This document shows positions 53,784 through 64,000 of a DNA stretch of 64,000 bases, in pieces. Origin of the DNA: Sphyrna mokarran (lineage: Eukaryota); assembly GCA_024679065.1 (NCBI GenBank), contig JAGIQG010000009.1, positions 99,510,001 through 99,574,000 on the forward strand. Direction: 5' to 3'. The notes below the pieces were generated by a model that worked only from the letters and a program-made list of their open reading frames with translations, was not told the origin of the DNA and searched no databases. Each line of letters starts with the position of its first letter. The first letter of the stretch is position 1. The position numbers were made by a program, and so were the translations under genes.

Positions 53784-56700
53784 GTGACACTACAGTAGCT
53801 TTAAGAAACATATACTTCAATCATGTTCTCTGTAGTTTGCAAACATGCCTCCTTTTCTAAATTCTTTTTTACTGGCAGCGTGAGGGTTGCAGTTCCACAT
53901 TTTACTTCTGCTTAAATGGTGTAAATGGTTGCATTTATTTTTATGTGGGCCTAATCCATTCTCTGGGGGTTTGCAATTTTTTGTATTGTTTTGAAAAGAT
54001 GATTGACAGGTCAGTTGGGACAGTTTTTTTTCTCAAGAGTTCCTTTAGGTTCAGATTTACCTGTTGGCTAGTTGGAAGCTATTGAAGTCCAAACTGAATT
54101 GTGTCTCTGCACGGTATTGGAAATTGAGTAGTTTGTGGATGGATGGCTATTAAATACAGGTAATGATGCCCTTTGTCTCTTGAAATGGTTTGCTGGCAGT
54201 TACGGTATCTCAACCTGGAAGTCAGCTGGAAATTACCTGGCCTGATAGTCAGAGTATCAATTTCGTATCCAACGTAATAATCCACAGTAGGCGTTGCAAG
54301 GGTTGAAAAATCCAACATTACATAAGCGTCCTTGTTTCCTGTGTTAATCTGGGATGGCTATATGTTTATAAGGATGCTTGTTCCTACGGAAAAGGTCATT
54401 TACATGTTAAGCATTGTAAAATAACATGTTTTTTTTCTTATTTGTAATTGTTAAACGTACTGACAATTTTATTTTGAAATGTTAATTGTATTTTTAAGCA
54501 AATATTGTTTGATTCAAAGCTCCCAGTAGATCATTTGAAATATACCTGGAGCAAGATGTGTTATGCTTATTCTAGCCAAATTCAAAATGTAAAATGCATA
54601 GTCAAAAGTGACTTCATAAAATTTCGTTAAGTGTCTGACCTGGATGAGAAAAATGGTGGGGGGGGGGAGGAGGGCATTTTGAGGAATTAAAATCTGTTTG
54701 ATTTGGGATCACTGGAAAAAACGGTGAGTGCTGAGTCAATTTTTTTTTTCTTTCACTTGCTGTAATCATAAATTAAGAAGGAAGTGACCTGTGAAAAAAC
54801 AGCTCCTTCAGATGCTAAGAAGCTCCTGCTTCCAAGAAGTCACACAGAGTAGTTTACAATAGGTGACCAAAACATAGCTTTTGTAATTGGCACAGCCGTT
54901 GGTGTTGACAATACCTGACAGTGTAATTTTGGGACATGATTGTGCCTGTCGCTCAGCATTTTAATTTGCAAGAAACCAAAAGCACATTTAGTATCATTGG
55001 AATTGGTAAACATTCAATTCCAAATGAAGGAGCTTGGACATGAAATACAAGTAATGCTACTTGGATGTGAAAAAAAGTCAAAGGAATGAAATGTCTCCAA
55101 TACTTATACTATTATAAATTATACCACATAATGTCTCTGTGTTTGTTCTTTAAGAAAAGCACATGCAAAATCGAATAGTTAGTGGGTTTTGTTAATGTGG
55201 CGAAGGAATATCCAGTTCAAGCTAAATAGTTGCAAAACATTGTACAGCCTGGTTGAAGATTGATTGATAATATGGTGCAAGACGTCGTTCAGTAATTTAC
55301 TTTTGTGGATATATTTTATTTATGTGTACCAAGAGGAGTAGATAAATAATTTAAAATTTTAAGAGTTACGGCAGCAAGTCAATCCGTGATGGTAGGAGAT
55401 GAGGTGGCATATAGTTTGGAAGGAGCATTGCCAGATGATGTCGTGGATATCGGGGTGAGAAGAATGACGTTTCAGTATTTGAGATGAGGTTGAATAATCT
55501 TGTGAAGTGTGGTGTCGTGACATCAGAAGTGTTAGATAAATGATCTTTTACAGGAATATAGTTTATCTAGTGTAATATTATTACATCATATAATGTAAAA
55601 TGATACATTATATCATTATAACGAGATAACAGTTGGGAGCGAACAACTGAGTTGTTGTTCCTGAAAGATACATTTCTTTTTTTTTCCTTATTGTGAGTAA
55701 CTAGGTCACAAAGTCAACGGTGAAGACAGCAGGATTAATCAAAGAAGTTGAAGTTCAATATCAGAAACGATTTTTGATCAGATGGTTAGGAAAGGACAAT
55801 AACAGATGGAAGATGAGTTGGACATTTGTTTTTTGCTCAGGAAAATTGACAATTGTAACAGAAAGATACAGAAATAAAGTACTTATATCAGCAAACATAC
55901 ACATAAGAGGAACTCAAATGTTTACCAGGGTGATATTAACTTAAATATGATGTCTCAATGAGGCATCTTTACATATTCCTGGCAAGATGAGTAGACGTTC
56001 ATCAAGCGGACACATGAGATACCAGCAGGAGATCATTTACGAGTAAGGAAAACACATGCTAAAACATAAAAACATTTTTTTGATGTAGTCTGCAGAAAGG
56101 TATGTTTAAATGTTACTTTCGTGTCACACATGTGAGATAATGGGGAAACATCATGTAGTGATAAGAGCAGCGCCCTTTATACCCATTCCAGTATTTGAGG
56201 AACCTTTTGCAAGATTCTTATCTTATTGTGTTCGACTCCTCCCTGAAAAAAAAAGTGGGAATCAATATCTATTGATTATATTGGAACTGGCGGCTTGGTT
56301 TCCAGAGGCCAATCCATTACGCATTATTATAACGTAAACGATTGTACGGAAGTTAATTTTTTTAACCCGATATGTTCTACCCACAGAAAAGCAATCCATT
56401 CATGGATCAACTTTTACATCAAAGTTATTGCAAGAGCCATGCATACCTTAAGTTTAAAACATTTGAAATCGACGACATAGCACACAGATTAGAATTAGAG
56501 CGGTGGAATCCAAAGTTAAACGGAATGTTGCGGGCTGATTTTCAAAATTGTCTGCAGGATTGAGATGAAAAAGATCCATTTTTATTCTTTGCAATTAGGA
56601 ATGCACCTCATGAGTCAATCAAATTCAGTCCATTTGAATTGTTTCTCCGTCATGAGACAAGAGGATCACTTAAACTGGTAAAGCAGGATTTGGTGAGTCA

Positions 56701-59222
56701 ACGTTCTGAGGCTAGATTATTGGACTACGTGTCAAGTTTTAGGAAAAAGGTTGAACCATGAAGTGAATTAGCTAGACAGCATTTAGAAGTAACACAAACT
56801 GTGATGAATCAGGAAGTCAATAAGAAATAAAAAAAAAAATCGCAATCTTCTTTTGGGGATAAAGACAAATTATTCCATGGTAGGTGACCCCTTAAAAGCA
56901 AGGTTTCGTGGGCCTTATCAAATTGAAAGGAAATTAAATGAGATGAATTGATTGTTAAGATCGCCAGACAAGAGAAAAACTTACAGTGCATCATACATAT
57001 ATGCTTAAAAATTATTGAGGATAGGAACGCAGAATTAAAATTTTTAATGATTATAATTCAGAGTGTAGAACTGAGTCCAGATTATCAAAATTTAACCTTC
57101 CCCAAATTAAATTGGTTAATAAGGAAGTTGTTCAAAATTGTGATAAATCACTGAGTTACCTCCCAGATTAAAATCGAAATAACCTGAAAGACTTATTGGT
57201 GTCGGATGAACAAAGATTTGCGAATAAGTAGAGATGTGCTACAATAGTTTGGAGTGGGGTAGTGGTAGAAAATGTTGTACCATTTAAAACAAAATCCCTG
57301 CAGACATAACCTTCTAGAGTTGGCAGAGGTTCAGATGGAGAAGCTGAAGTTTATTCAGCCTGAGATGCAACAGTCAAAAGTCTCAACTGTTGATATACAA
57401 CTGGTCTAGGTATAGAAGGAGAACAAATTGCTGGGCAGCAATGTGAAGAAATAAGTTGAACAGTTTTGGAAACAGATACAATGCAGTTTGTCTATTTTGG
57501 GAACTGTCCTCGATTCAAATTGCCTCAATGTAATTTGCGGGAAGTTTCGACTTATCATCTATTGCAAAAGAAGTGTAGATGAATCAGCATCTTGGGTGAT
57601 CTCAAAACAGGAGATTGACGACCGGAAGTTTTCTATTGATAAAAACACAGGGAGGGAAAATTAAATCAGATTGCTGCCGGAAATCATACCTTAATTTGGA
57701 ATGAACTGTTGTCCTCATGATTCTCTACAGCGTGCAGAGATGTGGATTTCCAGTGAAACAATAGTGTACACAACTATTGTTCGAATGAATTATGGTCGTT
57801 TTCGTAGCAGCGTTGCTACCACAGCGATCTCTAGAAACAAGATTGAAATTTTTTCTGACACCAAGGATGACAATCTGCTGTGTATCCTTGCCAGTCTGCA
57901 GAAAATGATGCTACAGATCCGGAGCAAACAAAGGAATTCGATTGTTTTACACAGGAGGGACTAAAGCGAACTAAGAAGAAACGAGACCTAGTTAAAGTGG
58001 CCTTTCTGAATGTCCCTGACGATCCTGCCAAGTTCTCTGGCGACATTAACAAAACTAATTGATAATCGCAATGCTAAAAGATGAGATCGGATTTGGAATC
58101 AACGCAGTATTAAGGACTGAAGGAGAATCCTGGAGATGAAGCGAATTGCCATGAATGTGCTACAGAAGAAGGAGTGTCCGATGGTGGACAACAAGGATTG
58201 AAAATAACTATATTGTTGCTATGTTTGCATATTCTGAGTTTGCAAAATGTGTGCATATTGACTATAGTGTACTAATAGCGTGAACCTGAAAGGATTTGAC
58301 AAACGAAACTTTCTTAGAATGGCGATCGTTCTTTAAAAAAAAAGCCTTTGTGCAATGCTATGAGACATTCAGAAATGTATTTTAAGTCATTTTTCCAGAC
58401 TTTGTAAGCATGCATGCTTTTTGTTCACTTTATTATTGGCTGTAAAGTCGGTAGGGTCACTTTTTATTACTACTTAAATGACTGAAAAAGAGTCTGGCTA
58501 ATTTTAGTCGGAGCCTACTGCACTCACTGGGAGTTTAGGACATATTTTGAAATGGGAGAATTGAAATGGGAAAATTGATTGACAGAAAACATGGAACAGT
58601 GTTTTTTTGCTCTCCCAAGAGTTTCCAACTTTCAGTTTTGGACGCAGATTAGTTGGAAGCTGTTGGATTCCAGACTGAACAGCAGTGTTTCTGTGTCTCT
58701 CCCTGGTATTGGAAACCTAACCCTTGTTGGCTGCATGGCTAGTAACTGGAGGCAAGGATTGCCCTGCCTCTTGAGGTGATTTTCCGGCTAAATTCTGCAG
58801 GTCAGCAATGGCTCTATCTCTGCTTCGGGGTCTGCTGGAAGATTCAATTCTCTCTCCAGAGGAGTAATTCACAACAGATGTTGCACACCTCGAAATATCT
58901 AGCATCACATAAGATTCATTGCCTTCTGTGCTTAAACTGGGACAATTGTATAAGGAGGTTTTGTTTTGGCACATTGCATTTATTTATTAAAGTTTCTAAA
59001 ATATCCCGTCTTCTCTTTGTAATTGATAAAAGTTATTGTTCGTATTTATCGTATATATTAACTATATTCTGCAAGAAACTTTGTTTGATATATTCTCCCC
59101 AGAGGTTCATTTAAATCATATCTGGAGTGAGACTTATATGCTTACACTCACCAAACTAAAAGTGCAATACTTATGTTATCAGAATACTTCATCAAACCTT
59201 GGGGTTTCTGATCTGGTTTATA
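53784..59222 (+). mobile_element. Gmr1-like Gypsy LTR retrotransposon remnant (LTR-gag-PR-IN-truncated RT-LTR)
   Basis: Diverged ~0.86 kb direct repeats at about 53784-54650 and 58349-59222 (gttggaagct...tgtgtctct...ggtattggaaa at 54071 and 58652). Protease-like KILRVTAASQS at 55353; integrase HHCC and PIPVFEEPF...SGNQYLL...FPEANPLR at 56010-56340; RT start at about 57280. Confidence 0.85.
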
Positions 59223-59959
59223 CGGGACTTTCTGAAGGCTTTCGAGGAAGACTCAACTATCAGAATTAAAATGCATGGGATTGCAGGTAATATCCTGCGG
59301 TGGATTGAAATTGCTTAACAGAGAAGAAGCACATATTCGACATGAACTCTCTTTTTCCTGATTGGCAGACAGTGACAAGTGAGGCTCTTCAGGGATCTAT
59401 GCAAACACCTCAACTGTCCACATTGTTAATACATCACTTAAAAGAGGAAATTAAATACATTTCTCCAAATTTGCAGATAATATAAATTGTGTGGGAGGGT
59501 GAGCTGTGAGGAAGATGCAGAAACGTTTCAGCGTGATTTGAATACGCTGAGAGTGCGAGCACATGCATGGCTGAAGCTGCATAATGTGGATCAATGTGAG
59601 GTCACCCACATTTATAGAAAGGATAACAAGACATATTATTGTTTGAGTAAGTGTAAGTTAAAAATATGGATCCTCAGCGGAACATGGTGCCCTCCTGCAT
59701 CAATTTCTCCAAAATAATAGCTGAGTCCCGGATTTATTGTCTAGCATTAATACCACTGCACCACCACCTCTCCAACGAGTACACCTCTAAAGCCTTGTTT
59801 GCCAATACACTGAAATAATTTTACTTTGACCACTGCAGTTTCGTAATAATTTCATCGAAGGGGATAAAATAAATTTCAATCTGTTTTTCGCTGAATCTCG
59901 GGACTGACTGAGCACCCCTACCTCCCCCCCCCCCACCCGGCGCCCCGACCCCCACCGTC

Positions 59960-61050
59960 TTCAGAGCAGTGGTTATGAGGAGAGGTTAACTAAACTAATT
60001 TTGTGTTCATCGGAAAGATGGAGGGTCAGAGAAGACCTGGCAGAGGTCTACAAAATTATGACAAGCATTGACAGAGTGGATATTGTATAAATAAAAGAGG
60101 TCCGATGTTCAAAGTGAAAATGGGAAAGTTTAAGGGGCATGTTAGATGCAAGTTAGATTTCACGTAGAAATCGATGGATGTCCGGAAAGCGCTGCCAAGG
60201 GAGGTGGTGGAATCAATCACAGGAGCAGATTTTAAGAGGCACCTGGTTGAGTACACGATTAGGGAGAGAACAGAGGCATGTGAATCGAGTAATGGTAAAA
60301 AAAAAACTTTATTTGGTGCATGGTGTTCGGCATAGAGACTGAGGGCCAAATGGTCTGTTCCTTGCTGTACTTGTTTTGTGTTATTTAAGTACGTAGATGC
60401 AACGGCATATAAAGAAGGCAAATGGTTTCTGAACCCTCATAGCAAGAGGATTTCAGCATAGGAATAGGGAATCTTTTTTGTAATTTTATAGCGCATTGTT
60501 GAGGCCATACCTGGTGAATTGTGCACAGTTCTGGTTTCTTTATCTGAGGAAGGTTGTCCTTGCAACAGTAGAGTACTGCAAAGTTAATGAGGATGCTTCC
60601 TGGAATGGTAAGCTGTCACATGAGGAGAAATGAAGTCGATAGGATTGTGTTCATTTGAGTTTAGACAAGTTAGAGTGGATGTCATGGAATCTTAGAAAAT
60701 TCTAACAGAGTTAGTCAAGATAGATTTAGAAAAAGTGTTCCAGATGGTGCGGTAGTCCGGAACTAGATGTCATAGTGGGAGGATAAGGAGTAAACGTTTT
60801 AGAAATGAGCTGAGGAGCAATTTCATCACTGTGAGCGTGGAGAATCAATACAATTCATTACTACAAAAAGCAGTTGAAGCCAAAACATTGCGTGATTGAA
60901 AAATAACAGATATATCAATTGGTCCATCAGATCAAGGACTATCTGGCGAAGATGGAATCAAGATATTGGTTTGATAATCGGACATGTTCAAAATGAATGG
61001 TGGAGTGGGTCTAAAGGGCCTAATGGCTTATCCTTCGATGTTCTATGTTC
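59960..61050 (+). mobile_element. Two CR1 3' fragments (59960-60380 and 60400-61050)
   Basis: YEERL...DLAEVYKIM and LYSALLRPYL..CAQFW remnants; gttctatgttc tail at about 61040. Confidence 0.82.
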
Positions 61051-61629
61051 CTTTGAATGAGCTTTGATTTAATTGCAGACTGAAATGTTGTCCTGAATTC
61101 TGGACGCAACCTCCCATGGGTCGTCAGCCTGCTAGCGCAGCAAAGTCCCTAGACTGAACTACAGGTGAAAGGCGGAGGCGGTGGAAAGTGGGAGGTATAG
61201 GTAATGGGTGAGACATCCGTTGAAAAGATGGGGGAAACTCTATGCTACATCACCGGAAAAGAGGGCTCATTTCCAAAATAACAAAGTGTCATCCAATGGA
61301 GGTCCGCCCACATCCCTTTCCCGTCGGAATGAAGAACCGATCATTTTCCACTGTTCAGGGCTCACAAATTCCTTCTGCCAGTACAGAAACGGAGACTGGC
61401 CGGGAAAAATCCCACGGTGTACAATAATTGATTACTTAGTGCCTACAATTGGTTAGGAGTGAAACTTTACTCATCCGAACACATCATCGCTTTGAGGTGA
61501 AGGCAGGTCAGAATGCATATGGTAGACAATTCCTTTTGTTTTACACTTGCCCCTTTCATTTCACTAGAAATCGCACCAGCAGGCACTTGTTAACTCCTTG
61601 CGCTTTTCACAAGTAACTTCTTACGTTTT

Positions 61630-62470
61630 TTTAAAATTCATTCCTGGAATATGGGTGTCACGACTGGTCAGCATTTAATGCCCATATCTCGTTACTCTTG
61701 CGAAGGTGATGGTGAGATGCTTTCTTGAATCGCTGCAGCCCACATGATTTGGGTTGACTAACAACACAGACAGGCAGTGATTTCCACGATCTTGACCTGA
61801 CGACTGCGAAAGAATTGTGATATATTTTCAAGTCAGGATGGTGAATATCTGGGAAGGAAACTTGCTGGTGGTGGTGCTCACATGTACCTGTTGCCATTAA
61901 CCTGTTTTGATGGAAGTAGTCGTGCGTTTCGAAGTTGCTGTCTAAGGATAATTATTGAATTGCTACAGTGCATCTTGTAGATAGTACGTACTGCTACTGC
62001 TGAGCGTTGGTGGTGGACGGCGTGGATGTGTGTGATGTCTATCAAGTAGACTGCTTCGTCGTGGATGCTTCTTGAGTGTTTTTGGAGGCGCACACATCCA
62101 GGTAATTGGAGAGTATTCCATCCCACTCGTGATATGTGCCTCGTAGGTTGTGAATAGGCTTTTGAGTGTCAGGCGGTGTATTCCTGTATTCCTGGCCTCC
62201 GATCTACTCTTGTAACCATAGTTTACACGGCAAATCCAGTTGCGTTTCTGGTCAATAGTGTGGGATTGAATGATGGAAACACAATTGAAAGTAAATGGAC
62301 TGTGGTTAGAGTGCCTCTAGTGATAGTCATTGCATGACATTTGTTTGGCATGAATCTTCCTTGCTATTTGTCAACGGAAGCTTGGATAGGTTCAGAACTC
62401 TTTACATTTGAACCAGAAGGGAATCAGTATCTGAAGAATGGCGCTGAACATTGTTGTCATCATCAGTGAA
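61630..62470 (-). mobile_element. LINE 3' fragment (CR1/L2 clade, different family)
   Basis: ORFs 61658-62126 show IHAVHHQRSAVAVRTIYKMHC and RSWKSLP...LQRFKKASHHHL RT-tail motifs. Confidence 0.78.
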
Positions 62471-63119
62471 CCCAGATGGCGCTGAATTGAAATGGTTGCC
62501 TGTTCACAGCAAGTTCTTCTGTAAATGTCATGATTTTATCTTTGGGAGAGAGTTTGCCTACTGAGTGACTTGCTCTGATTGTTCAATGCTGATGGAGTTA
62601 TCTGTCCTGTTCAGTACTGAATGTAATGTTCATATAAAATACTCCGGAAACAAATGGCAAAACAACTCCAAGAATGAGTTGCACACATCTTTAATATCTT
62701 TAGTAGCAAATTAAAATATTAGATAATTTAGTAGAAAAAGTGGATAAAATAGGAGCATGCTGGTTTCCTTGAGTATTACTTATTTATAATTAGGTTAGAA
62801 ATTAACAGATTTGTTATGATTTTCATACTGGTTCTAAAATGAGTCTTTAGAGATTTATACATACGTACTACAATCTGCATGGTATAATCGCGTAATCCAG
62901 TTTCAAGTGACGTTGAAGTAAAGCGAGTTATTACAATGCTTGTAATGTTTAGTTAGCAGCTTTCCAATTGTTCATGCGATTTATAAAATAAAATGCCACT
63001 CTCGAAGCATTATATAGAGAACCAGCCTACTGCACCGGTAATGTCATACTAATAAGTTCAAAGGAAAAGGACATACAAAATATAATGGACCATAAGATAA
63101 TGTATTCTTTGTCAATTAC

Positions 63120-63146
63120 CGGTATCTTTCAAAAGCAGTTGTCGCA
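63120..63146 (-). CDS. 27-nt phase 1-1 micro-exon xRQLLLKDT
   Basis: atgacttattacag|TGCGACAACTGCTTTTGAAAGATACCG|gtaatt; paralogue of 12639-12665. Confidence 0.85.
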
Positions 63147-63912
63147 CTGTAATAAGTCATCAAATCAATGTAAGAATTCTTCAAAATAATAATATACGAC
63201 AGAAAACTGATCGAACGCAAGGCGAAGCTGTAAATTTACATTCATTTCACAATTATAATTAAAAACACATGGGTCACTCATTCACAGAATGCAGTTTCGA
63301 ATATAATTTAAAAATAAACTGCGGCCCAGAGATTAATAAGAACAACTTGCCAGATTATCACCGAGGCAGTTCATTATAAATCAACATGTAAACGCTGACC
63401 GTCTCATGGCACATGCTTAGTTCTTCAGTGATCTTATGCAGAACATACAGAGAATGGGCAGGGGTTTGGTTTTCTCTGGATATGAGGCGAGAATGTTTGC
63501 AGAAGCTATGATTACACAAGGGGGGCGAAAATGTTCAGAATGCTACGCCCCTGAATTTTAAAAGGGAGTAAAGTAATTCCCAAGCAATATCCGAATGTAA
63601 GACAGTGTCCGATATCATTGCGGAATTACTTTCCTTGCAGGGATAATTAACTTGCCGCTCTATTTCTGGTCTGAATTGTACGGTGTGATAATTCTGCTGC
63701 TGGTAATTTATCTCAAATCAATTTGTGGATACAGAACCGAAACGATCAGGTCGGTCGAAATCCACATGCCTGCAACTAACATCAGCGGACATACAACTAT
63801 AAACAACCAAAAATCTTGCAAATACATTGGGACAATGTTGATTCTCATTCAGCAGTCCGTCAGTGAATGACGCAGCTATTCGTATCTCCAAATCTGTGGA
63901 ATTTCATCCCTC

Positions 63913-64000
63913 AGCCAATGTTACACCGCTGTTTAAAAAAGGTAGCAGACAGAAAGCAGGGAATTATAGGCCGGTTAGTTTAAGGCCTGTAATAGGAAAA
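63913..64000 (+). mobile_element. Young CR1 RT fragment running off the window end
   Basis: ANVTPLFKKGSRQKAGNYRPVSLRPVIGK. Confidence 0.9.

Noticed and set aside
63795-63893. 99-nt phase 1-1 open segment on the minus strand (DLEIRIAASF...)
   Set aside because: The acceptor is weak and similarity to the collinear 13.4 kb region is only at intron level.

Overview
AT-rich vertebrate genomic DNA, inferred to be from a cartilaginous fish because of its repeats: CR1 LINEs with (TTCTATG)n tails, tRNA-derived HE1-like SINEs, Rex1/Babar, Penelope and Gypsy remnants. Most ORFs in the supplied track are transposon fragments or noise. The main non-repeat signal, which the ORF track misses, is a minus-strand chain of GT-AG micro-exons (21-54 nt, all multiples of 3, all phase 1-1) spanning 63.1 kb to about 7.6 kb. 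Spliced together they give a coiled-coil-like peptide: xRQLLLKDT-EIEKLLAQLRSA-AQILRSKEK-EMKELKRRCEEA-GSIDEEYV-ECKQLLQAC-MRQLLVKDI-EIGKLQAQLKGA-GISF*. One 27+36 nt exon pair occurs twice, with exons far better conserved than their flanking introns. The 5' end of the gene lies beyond position 64000 and I cannot name it; the architecture resembles the heptad mini-exon tails of butyrophilin/MOG/chicken B-G proteins (inference). One intron holds a two-tier duplication (an old ~3 kb tandem, then four ~1.9 kb units) next to a tight NF-kB/PU.1-IRF/octamer motif cluster. Also present are a young near-full-length CR1, a Gmr1-type LTR element (integrase before RT) and several nested insertions. Micro-exon coordinates were counted by hand and repeat boundaries are approximate.
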